Assembly: GCA_030688545.1 (NCBI GenBank)
Contig: JAUYHT010000006.1
Coordinates: 240,001-272,000, forward strand
Direction of reading: 5' to 3'
Length of the DNA: 32,000 bases
Source of the DNA: Candidatus Iainarchaeum sp.
GTDB taxonomy: Archaea; Iainarchaeota; Iainarchaeia; Iainarchaeales; VGJJ01
A program made the position numbers and the translations under genes. Positions within the stretch are counted from its first letter, which is position 1, and every line of letters begins with the position of its first letter. The notes under the pieces are model-generated. The model saw nothing but the letters and a program-made list of their open reading frames with translations, was not told the origin of the DNA and did no database searches. Below are positions 1-9,102 of this stretch, piece after piece.

Positions 1-3000
1 GATCACATTTTTCTCGATGATGTTGCGTTGGTTAGAGAAATACGTTCCCGCGTGGGAAAGATCAAACCACATGCAGGGCCAATATCCTGCCGAATCGCCA
101 TAATAATTGTACGCCGCATGGTGAACATGGTTTTCCGCCACCCAATTGGAATGGGAACCCCTATTCAATTGGATTCCCGCAGCCTGCTTTCCGGTGTGAT
201 GGATATGATTGAGAGCAATAACAGCATTGGTGACAATTTGTGGTCCACCCATGGTTCCAAACATTACTGCAGTTCCTTTGATGATACCGGCTCCTTCTCC
301 CACGTTGTGAATTTCATTTCTGGTAATAAACAAATAGGAATTGTTTATCCCACTAAATTGTCCTCCATGAATACCCGCGTTCGCGGTGTCGTGGATGCGC
401 AATTGATCCAACCAAATATTACTGGCCTTATTGAAAATGATTCCTTTGTTTCCCCCGGTGATCTCAAATCCACGCAATGCCAAATAGGCCGCAGTAATCC
501 CGCTCCCGGTTTGGCCGATGGCCAAAACATCGTTTCCCGCCCCACTCGCGGTTAATACCGGATTGGCACCGGCGGCCGCGACAACGAAAATAGGTTGTGA
601 GGCGGTCCCCTGTGCGGTAATCCGCGCGGGATTGGGCATCTGATAGGTGCCCCCCGGAACAATGAGCTTCTGCCCGGGGGAGAGGTTGTTGATGGCACTC
701 AGTAATTCCGTTCCCGTGCTCCCGGAGAAAGCGATCCCATTAATAGGTTCGAGCGTCGACCAGGGGGGAAAGTAGGGAGAGGAAGCCCCGCCCGTGTCGC
801 CGATGTTCAGGGGGAAAGGCGCGGAAAAGACGCCGGTGTTCTCCATGCGCACATCGTGCGTCCCCACACCCAAATTAGTGACTTGAACCGCGGTCAGGGA
901 AACATCGAAGCAGAGGGGTGCGGGCTGCCCGGGATAGTTGAATACGTTTGAACCCACGTGTATTTTGGGATTATTCCCCGGGTATCGGCAAGTGAAGGAT
1001 AAAGTCGCGGCCTGGTTGGCGGGAATGGTATCCGGGATGATCGCATCGATGATGGGGGGGGAAATAGTCAAATCCACAGGAAGCGAGGTGTAAATCCCGG
1101 CGGTTACCGTCACCGGATGATCAGTCGCCCCCAGCGTCAGAGTGTTGGCCTTATTGAGCTGGAACTCTAGACTTGTGCCAGTGACATTTTGCATTTGCGA
1201 ACTTGACGAAAGAATAGTCACCTGATTAGGGGGATTCCCAATCTTCACCGTAGGAGAATTCCCAAAATTGGTACCGGTAACAGTAATCCAGGGAGAAATA
1301 GCATTATACCCAATAGTATCCGGGTCCAAAGGCTCCGTAATCGTAGGTACATTAGGATCAGAAACCGAGAAAGACAATGAATTAGAATACGTATTCGCCC
1401 CCCGCTTCAAGCGAACCGAACCAATACCCAAACCAAGCGTGCTCAAATCACTTGTAGTGAGCGACGTGGTTAGAGCCACATTGCTGACAAACAACCCAAT
1501 CTTGGATACGAAACATAATGAGGTGCCACAAGCTCCCTGAAACTCCACCCGATCCCCCGACTGGAATAAATAACCGGAAATAGCAATGGAATTGTAATTC
1601 TGACTCGTCACATACGCATTAGGGGTAACCGTGCTCAAAACGAATGACGACGCGCTCACGATAGGCAAAGTAATACTATTCGACATATCCGGTCCCTGAA
1701 TCACCCGAGCCGAATGATTGCCCACCCCCAAAGTAGTAATATTAGATGTAGTAAGCGTCGCAGTAATAGAAGAGCTAATCGTCAAATTCACCACTGTTGA
1801 AGGGGCATTCTCCTTCGCGATGCGCAACGTATCCCCCGGCTCAATACCCGAACCCAGGAGAGTCAACGTATAATTCTGCCCAGGGGGATGAATAATAGGC
1901 GAAGGATTAGACGTGATGCCAGTTAGGAATAATGTATCCCCCGCACACGTGCAATTGCTCCCCCCCAGCATGGAAACGAAGGGCTGGATGCAATACCCCC
2001 CCAGATTCAAATTATTGGGATCGATGGGAGGCGAATTGTTCCCCAAGGGGCCGCAGGGATTATTGGTGAGCTCGCACTCTTCGACTCCAACCTGGATGAT
2101 ATTGTCCCCGCAAAAGGGGGTGGAACCACCCCCAATTGTATGGGAAGGATCGTTTTTATCGATCAATTGATTGCAATTGTTATCGATGCCATCCGCCGAG
2201 TTACCTTCGCTTCTCCCGGGGTGGATGTTGGCGCTGTTATCATTACAGTCCCCGTTGCACGTGGTCCATGTATCACCATCAGCATCAGCACAATTGTGTG
2301 GAGAAGTATTTTGATAGATTCCATTTACATATCCTCCACCCAAGTCATTTGGAACTTCGGTAGTTAAAGTTATTCCGCAAAAGACTTCATCATCCACGAA
2401 AAATATATCATTACCCCACACATTTTGCGATCCAGCAGAATATTGTTGATTTTTTCCTGCGGGGTGGATGATCGATCTCGAAATAAAATCTTTGAATTTT
2501 CCAACATATTCAGCAAATAAATCTTGTTGTCCGTTTTTCAAATAGTTCGGGTCACTACTTCGAAAAATGCCGGCAAGAATTAGCTCATTACAATAACCTG
2601 GAATGAACTGGGTTAGAGTATTATCTTGATATTGAGTATAGGTATCAGCTGGATAGGTGGAATTATGCCCGGTAATAAGTTTGTTATAAACACTAAATCC
2701 GCCAGTCCTTTCATTAATGTTTTGAGAAGGAATAGCCAGGTTGGGAGTCCTGTTTCGCACTTCCATCGGGGATTTATAGGCGTAAGTATACGTGTAGTGC
2801 AAATGATCCGCTACCGCATTTTTTATCATTGTCATTAAGCCGGCATCTGAGGGAGTCAGGACATCACGGTAGAATACAGCCAAAGCATGGGCGATCTGAG
2901 CATCATGATATGGCTGTATCCAAACATATGGTTGATTCGCCCCACAATTTATCCTAGCTTCGCAACTCAAAATTGAGGCATAATATTTTACAGGAAAAAA

Positions 3001-4965
3001 ATCCCCGGTAGCCGGGTTGGTGCCTCTCAATCCATCCGCTTGCCTGTTCCTTTTTTGATCAGCGAAAGTGACAAGATTTGTTGCCATCGATTTGTAGATG
3101 GGATCCAATGTCATAGAGTAAGAATGGGAGAGCCAGATAATCGAACGGCCTATTCCCCGATCGGAAATTGTTCCACGCCCGCCAGCTTGATTAAATTCAT
3201 AACGGGATGCTCCGATCTCGATAAATTGGGTCGTCAAATAGCGCCCCAGGTGGTCATCTAGAAACAGGTAACGGTAGTACGAATAGGCTAGAGACAGGTG
3301 TTCGGTATCCCGCCATTTCCATGAATGCCACATGGCAAATTGGTTACTATTGTTATTATTGTAGCTCGTTACGCTGCGTCCTTGGGCATCCGTCCGGTGT
3401 CCAGATGGGATTTGATTGTATTGACAATATCCCAAAACATCCTTTGCGTTATAAGGTGGCGGAAGGCAAACGATCCCACTCCCCCCATTCTGTTCATACG
3501 GAGTAGTTCTGTAATGGGACTCCATAACCTGCGGGTGTTCCTCCCGATTGAATCCGACATAATGGTTTGGGGTATGGATATGCCCATATTCGATGAATCG
3601 CATGGTCCGCAGATAATCGGTGGCGCAGCGGTCTCCGCAAGATAATAAGAATCGAGTCGCGAGAATTGAATCCTGATGGTAGTAGTCATAATATCCTCCG
3701 GATGATATGTCTTTCCCATTTGAGTAATCATATTGGCCAAAACGATGACCCAGTTGGGAATTATTCATCTGTTGTAATTTTTTCAAATATTGGGACTTGG
3801 CATCGGAAGTGTAGGATATGACTGAATTCAAATCCTCCGGGTTAAACATTTCTCGGAAAAAAACATCGTCGATTTGGTTGAACATTTTTAATGGTCCTCC
3901 AGATGAAACCCCGTTTTCTTCAATTGGATGCTTGTTAATTGAGGAGAACGAGACTACGGCGCGTGTCAGGAAACCCTGCCCCCCTGCGATGAAATTGCTC
4001 GCGTTTGTTACATTTGGCCCTTCATTATAGTTTGCACTTAAAATCTGTTGTCCATTTTCAGGCATGATCCAGAATGTACTCATCGTATTCGTGGAGGCAG
4101 GATCCAAAAAAGATGGCGGGAGTTTACTCTCATCCATCACGTAAATCGCATGATCGGCTGTAGCGGGCGTTCGGACCTCCATTTTGATATCAGTGTAAAA
4201 TATGACCCCGTGGATGGGGTTCTGATATAACGGGCCATTTTGCACCGGTCCACCCGTATTGGATGGTTGCACATCTTCATCCAAATTGTTAGAGTTGATG
4301 AGCAGATGATCAACCGTCACAAAATTCTTTCCTGAGTAGGCCGACACGAAGAATACCGACGTGAACAAATAGCTCAAATCTTCGGGAGGTCCGCCCGCAA
4401 CCGGATCATGGCGTTTATGAATTTCCCAAGTCTTGCGTACGGGTCCGTCTTCTTTGAGTTCCACGCAGTTAGAAGCAAATTTGGGTGTTGCATATCCTTT
4501 GGCGTTACAATTCCCCATCCCATCGACATCCAATGTAACAGCATATTCTCCACCTTTGATATCTCTCACCAAAATCCTCAATGAAGAATTATTCCTATTC
4601 CGTAACAGATCCTCCACTCCAGGCGCCCAGGTAAAGTTCGGGGAGCTCCCGGTGGAGAGGGTGTAAATGGTTTCCTGCCCCGCTTGCATGGAGGCAAGCA
4701 CCCAGGCCACCGCGGTTCGAACGGAACCATCGCTGTAATAGGAGGTGGGTTGCACTTGCGTGGGAAGCGTGCCCACCTTCACCGAGGGCAGTTGGCTCAC
4801 CGTCATCGCCCCGGGTCCGAAGGCAATGGGGATATTCACCGGATCGTTAGACAGGGGGGTGCTATTATTGTTCTTGATGAAAACCTGGTTTACTTGAAGT
4901 TGCTGCTGCGCCGCGACCAAACCGGCAAACAGTAACAGGAATAGGATTAACCCCGCCCAACGCAT
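1..4965 (-). CDS. Giant secreted multidomain surface protein, partial (at least 1655 aa; C-terminus beyond position 1)
   Basis: Absent from the ORF track because it has no stop inside the window. Hand translation of the reverse strand from ATG 4965-4963 stays open for all 1655 codons down to position 1. The N-terminus MRWAGLILFLLLFAGLVAAQQ is signal-peptide-like. A Cys-rich module CADADGDTWTTCNGDCNDNSANIHPG..DGIDNNCN (about 2155-2295) matches the MopE-type putative metal-binding repeat, followed by CGDNIIQVGVEECE (about 2040-2115). Four tandem IPT/TIG-like repeats of about 90 aa span about 800-1935. The last 260 aa or so (1-790) show beta-helix-type rungs (GIHGG, NNSYLFITRNEIHN, NAVIALNHIHH, NIIEKNVI). 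Confidence 0.85.
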   Translation of the reverse strand, partial: MRWAGLILFLLLFAGLVAAQQQLQVNQVFIKNNNSTPLSNDPVNIPIAFGPGAMTVSQLPSVKVGTLPTQVQPTSYYSDGSVRTAVAWVLASMQAGQETIYTLSTGSSPNFTWAPGVEDLLRNRNNSSLRILVRDIKGGEYAVTLDVDGMGNCNAKGYATPKFASNCVELKEDGPVRKTWEIHKRHDPVAGGPPEDLSYLFTSVFFVSAYSGKNFVTVDHLLINSNNLDEDVQPSNTGGPVQNGPLYQNPIHGVIFYTDIKMEVRTPATADHAIYVMDESKLPPSFLDPASTNTMSTFWIMPENGQQILSANYNEGPNVTNASNFIAGGQGFLTRAVVSFSSINKHPIEENGVSSGGPLKMFNQIDDVFFREMFNPEDLNSVISYTSDAKSQYLKKLQQMNNSQLGHRFGQYDYSNGKDISSGGYYDYYHQDSILATRFLLSCGDRCATDYLRTMRFIEYGHIHTPNHYVGFNREEHPQVMESHYRTTPYEQNGGSGIVCLPPPYNAKDVLGYCQYNQIPSGHRTDAQGRSVTSYNNNNSNQFAMWHSWKWRDTEHLSLAYSYYRYLFLDDHLGRYLTTQFIEIGASRYEFNQAGGRGTISDRGIGRSIIWLSHSYSMTLDPIYKSMATNLVTFADQKRNRQADGLRGTNPATGDFFPVKYYASILSCEARINCGANQPYVWIQPYHDAQIAHALAVFYRDVLTPSDAGLMTMIKNAVADHLHYTYTYAYKSPMEVRNRTPNLAIPSQNINERTGGFSVYNKLITGHNSTYPADTYTQYQDNTLTQFIPGYCNELILAGIFRSSDPNYLKNGQQDLFAEYVGKFKDFISRSIIHPAGKNQQYSAGSQNVWGNDIFFVDDEVFCGITLTTEVPNDLGGGYVNGIYQNTSPHNCADADGDTWTTCNGDCNDNSANIHPGRSEGNSADGIDNNCNQLIDKNDPSHTIGGGSTPFCGDNIIQVGVEECELTNNPCGPLGNNSPPIDPNNLNLGGYCIQPFVSMLGGSNCTCAGDTLFLTGITSNPSPIIHPPGQNYTLTLLGSGIEPGDTLRIAKENAPSTVVNLTISSSITATLTTSNITTLGVGNHSARVIQGPDMSNSITLPIVSASSFVLSTVTPNAYVTSQNYNSIAISGYLFQSGDRVEFQGACGTSLCFVSKIGLFVSNVALTTSLTTSDLSTLGLGIGSVRLKRGANTYSNSLSFSVSDPNVPTITEPLDPDTIGYNAISPWITVTGTNFGNSPTVKIGNPPNQVTILSSSSQMQNVTGTSLEFQLNKANTLTLGATDHPVTVTAGIYTSLPVDLTISPPIIDAIIPDTIPANQAATLSFTCRYPGNNPKIHVGSNVFNYPGQPAPLCFDVSLTAVQVTNLGVGTHDVRMENTGVFSAPFPLNIGDTGGASSPYFPPWSTLEPINGIAFSGSTGTELLSAINNLSPGQKLIVPGGTYQMPNPARITAQGTASQPIFVVAAAGANPVLTASGAGNDVLAIGQTGSGITAAYLALRGFEITGGNKGIIFNKASNIWLDQLRIHDTANAGIHGGQFSGINNSYLFITRNEIHNVGEGAGIIKGTAVMFGTMGGPQIVTNAVIALNHIHHTGKQAAGIQLNRGSHSNWVAENHVHHAAYNYYGDSAGYWPCMWFDLSHAGTYFSNQRNIIEKNVI

Positions 4966-4994
4966 AGGAAACCAAGGCACGGAGAAAAATGTCG

Positions 4995-5002
4995 TTTATA
5001 AA
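4995..5002 (-). promoter_or_regulatory. TATA-like box (TTTATAAA) for the giant ORF
   Basis: Palindromic TTTATAAA lies 30 nt upstream of the ATG at 4965, in the 69-nt gap after the permease stop. The spacing fits an archaeal promoter with a very short leader. Confidence 0.45.
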
Positions 5003-5034
5003 CTATTGTCCGATTTCCAACCAACTCCCCTTTT

Positions 5035-6315
5035 TTACCGATTCCCACGTTTCATACTCGAGGGGCGATGGAAGATATAATAGGCGGCCGCACCCGCCAC
5101 CAGCACCGCTATTCCAAAGATCAGGGCGTCCTGGTCCACATATATGAGCATGAAGCCCGAGGTAATGAAACCAATGACCGAGGGGATAGGAATTTTTCCA
5201 ATAGAGAGAGGAACCCTAAACCCCGTGTAGGTGTCCCGCGGTTTCATCCGGATGAGGATGAGGGCGAGGTTCATGAGAGCAAACACAATGAACAGCAATC
5301 CATCCGTGACGTGAGCCACAAACGTAATGTCTTTGTACGATGCCAACAGCACCGCGAGCACCGCCGCAACAATCAAGGCATTGCGCGGCTGATGCCCCTG
5401 CGTCAAACCAAGAAGGCGGGGCAGCGTTTTTTCTTTGGCCATTCCATACATGATTCGGGAGGCCGCGAGCAGGAGGAGGAGCACCGTGTTTCCCGTGGCA
5501 AAGAGCGCGATTAATCCCACCAGTAGGAAGGAGTCGCTTCCCCATACGGTGGCGACGACATCCGCGAGGGGCGCGGCGCTCGCTCCCAGGGCGGCCCCTC
5601 CCAATACTCCCACGGCGGCCGCGGCCACGAGAATGTAAAGGATAGTCGAGATCCCGATCGCCAAGAGCAGGGCGATGGGCATTATTTTGGTAGTGTTTTT
5701 GGTCTCCTCGGCCAATCGTACCAAGTCTTCAAATCCGAGGAAGGCAAAAAAGATGAGGGCCGCCGCCGAGAGCACCGTGGGAACGAATTCAATGGGTGGG
5801 AGAGCGAACCCTTCCCCCAAATGGGGAAATCCCACATAGATTACGATCAACAACCCGGCGATTTCTATAAGGGAAAGAAAACCCGCCACGCTCGCGCTCA
5901 ATTTGGCACCAAACCAGATAATCAATGTGGAGAGTCCGAGGATCAGAATCATTCCCCAGAAAGCCGGCAGCGTGGTAAGGGCGGAGAGGTAGCTCCCGAA
6001 TCCTAATGCAACGGTTGCAGTAGAAGCCACTCCCACGATGACCAATGCCAATCCAATGAGGAAGGCCCAGAATGAAGAAAAGGCGTTTTTGGCATACACA
6101 TATTCGGCTCCCGCTTTTGGAAAACGCGAGGATAATTCCGAGTAGCTCAACCCCGTCATGATGGCAATGAATCCTGCCGCGGCAAAACTCGCCCACACAT
6201 ATTCCTGCGCGATCCCCGCGGCCTTCCCCACTAGCACATAGATACCGGCCCCCAGGATAACCCCGATACCCGCTAGGGTCAGTTCGAGCAACCCAATCTC
6301 GCGCGTGAGGGCCAT
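5035..6315 (-). CDS. APC-superfamily amino acid permease
   Basis: 426-aa ORF with about 12 hydrophobic helices. The N-terminal GAGIYVLVGKAAG and FAAAGFIAIMTGLSYSELSSRFPKAGAEYVY are typical of amino acid/polyamine permeases. Confidence 0.9.
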   Translation of the reverse strand: MALTREIGLLELTLAGIGVILGAGIYVLVGKAAGIAQEYVWASFAAAGFIAIMTGLSYSELSSRFPKAGAEYVYAKNAFSSFWAFLIGLALVIVGVASTATVALGFGSYLSALTTLPAFWGMILILGLSTLIIWFGAKLSASVAGFLSLIEIAGLLIVIYVGFPHLGEGFALPPIEFVPTVLSAAALIFFAFLGFEDLVRLAEETKNTTKIMPIALLLAIGISTILYILVAAAAVGVLGGAALGASAAPLADVVATVWGSDSFLLVGLIALFATGNTVLLLLLAASRIMYGMAKEKTLPRLLGLTQGHQPRNALIVAAVLAVLLASYKDITFVAHVTDGLLFIVFALMNLALILIRMKPRDTYTGFRVPLSIGKIPIPSVIGFITSGFMLIYVDQDALIFGIAVLVAGAAAYYIFHRPSSMKRGNR

Positions 6316-6418
6316 GTGTGATTCTTACATCTGGTGAATAAAAATACCACTCGTAGTTCTCAGGTTTCATATCCCTAAAAAAATCATTTCCCCCTTAAAA
6401 AAAGAAAATAGCACGCGG

Positions 6419-6451
6419 ACAAAAAAATTAGAAGTGGGGGATTTTTCCCCC
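6419..6451 (-). terminator. Hairpin plus T-run downstream of the basic-protein gene
   Basis: The minus strand reads GGGGGA-AAAA-TCCCCC (6451-6436), then 8 nt, then a T7 run (6427-6421). Confidence 0.5.
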
Positions 6452-6459
6452 TTATGAAT

Positions 6460-6813
6460 TCAGCGTCGCCGTTTCTTCCGCCGGGCCGGTTTGGTAACGG
6501 CCCGATGGGCTTTCTTGGCTTCGGTTTCCAATGCTTCTAAGATGGCGTTGGCGCCGGCTTCCACCGCGTACGCGCCGGCCGTCACCATAGCGGCTACATC
6601 CCTGAGCTCATGGGCCTTGTCCCGGGTGGCCCGAACGGTTTGCCTGGCGCGGGGGGATGTTACCGCTTGGCGGATACGTTTTTCAGTGTTGGTCGCTGCT
6701 TTGGAAATACCTGAAGCGGTTTTCCGGACACGTCGGGTGACCCCCGAAGTAATGCTCCCTTTTCGGCGAGCTCCTTTCCGGGTGCGCGTGCTCTTTTTTC
6801 GTTTGGCTGCCAT
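6460..6813 (-). CDS. Highly basic 117-aa protein with Lys/Arg-rich termini and a central Ala-rich helix
   Basis: The ORF is preceded by GAGGAGGT 7 nt upstream of the ATG, with a TATA-like CTTATATAG further upstream (about 6859-6867). The N-terminus is MAAKRKKSTRTRKGARRKG and the C-terminus is KPARRKKRRR. I recognised no family. Confidence 0.7.
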   Translation of the reverse strand: MAAKRKKSTRTRKGARRKGSITSGVTRRVRKTASGISKAATNTEKRIRQAVTSPRARQTVRATRDKAHELRDVAAMVTAGAYAVEAGANAILEALETEAKKAHRAVTKPARRKKRRR

Positions 6814-6909
6814 AAATCTACCTCCTCGTAATAATAGATGATGCTCACGGGAGGGAGACTAGACTATATAAGACCGGGCCCATTTCGCCACATTTTTTTT
6901 ACAATTGGA

Positions 6910-7203
6910 TTAGACGTCGATCCCCGCGAGCTCGAGTAACACCAGCAACAACAATCCCGGTATTCCTCCCAGGGCCACGATCAGGATGGTCCAGATGTTG
7001 ATGCTGATATTGATGAATGGGAAAAAATTCACGATCACCAATAGCACCAATCCCACGAGACTGTTGATGATGATCCATCCCAGGGATTCCACGACATTCA
7101 CCCCGAGCAGGATGATGGCGACCAATACCACCAGCAGCAGGAGAGGTCCTCCCGCCGCGCCATGTTGATTCATTATTCCTGTTGCGAACTCATTTCTTTT
7201 CAT
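6910..7203 (-). CDS. BofA-like small membrane protein (paralog 1)
   Basis: INISINIWTILIVALGGIPGLLLLVLL resembles the BofA motif (IPIN..T....G.LGIPG). I moved the start to ATG 7203, which has GAGGTG 7 nt upstream; the track starts at TTG 7209. The gene overlaps the end of the upstream gene. Confidence 0.7.
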   Translation of the reverse strand: MKRNEFATGIMNQHGAAGGPLLLLVVLVAIILLGVNVVESLGWIIINSLVGLVLLVIVNFFPFINISINIWTILIVALGGIPGLLLLVLLELAGIDV

Positions 7204-7480
7204 CCACAATCACCTCTTTTTCCTCCCGCGTGATTTCGCGGTGGCCACCTTTATCTGTCACCACTTTCTTCTCTTCCTTAATAATATGACTCACCCCTCC
7301 CTGGGGAATGGATTTAGTTTCTTCTTGTTTGGCGAGCAACATTACTCCTCCGGCAATGGCCAGAACGAGTCCAAGGAAGAAATCCATGGGTTCCCCTCCC
7401 TGATCCTTGCCTATTCCGGCGTAGGCGAGTAGGAAGAAAACGCCCCCCACCAAGACGATGATTCCAAGTACATGGAGCAT
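7190..7480 (-). CDS. Small membrane protein (two TM helices plus a charged Lys/Glu tail)
   Basis: 96-aa ORF with AGGAGG 5 nt upstream of the ATG. It starts 10 nt after the stop of the upstream BofA-like gene and overlaps the downstream one. Confidence 0.65.
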   Translation of the reverse strand: MLHVLGIIVLVGGVFFLLAYAGIGKDQGGEPMDFFLGLVLAIAGGVMLLAKQEETKSIPQGGVSHIIKEEKKVVTDKGGHREITREEKEVIVDEKK

Positions 7481-7489
7481 GGTTTCCTC

Positions 7490-7750
7490 CTATATCAAAA
7501 TACCGAACACATCCAGCAGGAGCAGCAGGATAATCCCGGGGATTCCTCCGATGGCGGCGATGAGCACGGTCCAGATATTAATGGGAATATCCACCACCGG
7601 CGCGAGGTTCAATATGGCCAGGGCAATAACCCCAATGAGGCTGTTGACCAACAGCCAAAAAACGCTTCCCACGAATCGCAGGCCGATGGCCACGAGCAAT
7701 ACTAACAGTACGAATGAAAGAATAGGTCCCAATACCAATACTTCAGCCAT
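7490..7750 (-). CDS. BofA-like small membrane protein (paralog 2)
   Basis: VVDIPINIWTVLIAAIGGIPGIILLLLL matches the BofA motif. I moved the start to ATG 7750 (MAEVLVLG..), which has GGAGGTG 6 nt upstream. Confidence 0.7.
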   Translation of the reverse strand: MAEVLVLGPILSFVLLVLLVAIGLRFVGSVFWLLVNSLIGVIALAILNLAPVVDIPINIWTVLIAAIGGIPGIILLLLLDVFGILI

Positions 7751-7807
7751 TTTTTCACCTCCGTTTTTCCTCATTTTTCGCCGCAACATGGATTGTTTCT
7801 CTGCTTG

Positions 7808-8404
7808 TCATTCCGACCACTTCTCTTCAGGTTCTTCCAGGAAGGACATCCATGAGGATTGGAATTCTTCCCACCCGTGCTCCAGGTTTTGCGCCGCCTC
7901 CGCGGTCATGTCCAGGAGGGGGTTCCCTTTCAATTGACCGAAGTCCGTAATCACCGCTTCCACCCGCCGCCCCTTGAGGCGCGGCTGGAACATATCGCGG
8001 GAGGCATTATACCCTTCGCTCCGCAATACCCCCACCTGCCGCACCACTTCCTCTTCGAAGGCCTGTTGCTGGAGGGCGTTCATGGGGAATAGGGGGATAT
8101 ATTCACTAATCAACATCTTTTCCCCCGGCCCTTCATGATAATACAGGAAGCGCACCATTTCCAAACCCAAACCATTCTTCTCATTCCGTTCCGCCAGCTC
8201 CTGGACCATTTGGTATTGGGCTTTTGGGTTGCCCCAAACGGAATGGTCGATGGGAAGCACGGGGTGAAATACTTTAACCACCGCATGTTGGTAGCGAGCG
8301 ACATTCCCCTCCATGAAACCCACTTTCGCTTCATACACGATACCCTCTAATCCTTCCCCAATCCGACGGATCTTGTCGACGCGATGGATACTATTGGATG
8401 GCAT
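7808..8404 (-). CDS. Minimal protein-kinase-like protein (RIO/Bud32-sized)
   Basis: It has a Gly-rich loop IGEGLEGIVYEA (GxGxxGxV), a VAIK-like AVVKVF, a catalytic-loop remnant SRDMFQPR and ITDFGQL (DFG). Only about 40 aa follow the DFG motif. The start is at ATG 8404, 7 nt after AGGAGGTG. Confidence 0.65.
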   Translation of the reverse strand: MPSNSIHRVDKIRRIGEGLEGIVYEAKVGFMEGNVARYQHAVVKVFHPVLPIDHSVWGNPKAQYQMVQELAERNEKNGLGLEMVRFLYYHEGPGEKMLISEYIPLFPMNALQQQAFEEEVVRQVGVLRSEGYNASRDMFQPRLKGRRVEAVITDFGQLKGNPLLDMTAEAAQNLEHGWEEFQSSWMSFLEEPEEKWSE

Positions 8405-8525
8405 GCCATTCACCTCCTGTGTTGCGTCAAGTTTTCGTTCATCGATATTTCATCCAGCATTCCAAAAAAAATCCGGCTGGATGGTCACGTCCTTTCCGTT
8501 CTTTTTCCTAGTTCTTGGAATCGCT

Positions 8526-8981
8526 TCATGCCTCCACTTCCACGTTGAGAAATACATTCTGATCCACGTGGTCAATCCTTCCGCTGGGCACGATGAGATC
8601 CGGTTTCCCCAATCCCCGATCTACAACGAGGGTCGCGATTTCATTGGAGTCGGCGACCCGGTTCACTTCTTTCACTTTGCCAATTTCTTTTCCCATATTG
8701 TCGAACACCTTCACCCCTTCAAGCTCTGTCACGGGATGCACAAGCAGGATGACCCCTTCCTTGGTCATTTTCTGTATGTATTCTCGGCCAATGAACTGGT
8801 CTTCTTCCACCAATCCCCGGTCGATGCGGATCCCTTCAACCACGAGTGAGTCGGGAGAGAGATAGATGTCCTTGACCTTCCCTATTTCTTCTCCGGAATG
8901 GGATAATACCTTTTCTCCCAGGATTTCCTTCACTTTCACCGAATCTCCTCGCGGAGTAAAACCGGTTCTCATTTTTTCCAT
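8526..8981 (-). CDS. Tandem PRC-barrel domain protein
   Basis: Two repeats of the PRC-barrel signature are present (LGEKVLSHSGEEIGKVKDIYL..VVEGIRIDRG and EGVKVFDNMGKEIGKVKEVN..LVVDRG). The probable start is ATG 8981, 7 nt after GGAGGT. Confidence 0.8.
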   Translation of the reverse strand: MEKMRTGFTPRGDSVKVKEILGEKVLSHSGEEIGKVKDIYLSPDSLVVEGIRIDRGLVEEDQFIGREYIQKMTKEGVILLVHPVTELEGVKVFDNMGKEIGKVKEVNRVADSNEIATLVVDRGLGKPDLIVPSGRIDHVDQNVFLNVEVEA

Positions 8982-9102
8982 ACGCATCACCTCCCATCCC
9001 ATGCGGTGAGGGGGACTAATATGCCTCCCGTTCCATTTAGAACAAAATAGGGGGGCAAGTGTCAGAACGTCCTCTCCCGATAATCATGAGCTTGTCTCCG
9101 TT

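Noticed and set aside
28-4935. About 17 plus-strand ORFs of 60-175 aa, plus minus-strand off-frame ORFs 345-545 and 3369-3740, listed in the track
   Set aside because: All lie inside, antisense to, or out of frame with the continuous 1655-codon minus-strand frame. Their sequences are low-complexity or compositionally odd and lack start signals, so they are shadow ORFs.
5068-6370. Alternative-frame and antisense ORFs over the APC permease (5068-5514, 5216-5545, 5789-6370 and others)
   Set aside because: The 426-aa permease frame is the only one with a coherent TM-helix pattern and family motifs.
6491-6841. 116-aa plus-strand ORF antisense to the basic protein gene
   Set aside because: The minus-strand gene has GAGGAGGT, an ATG and a downstream hairpin plus T-run. 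The plus-strand ORF has none of these.
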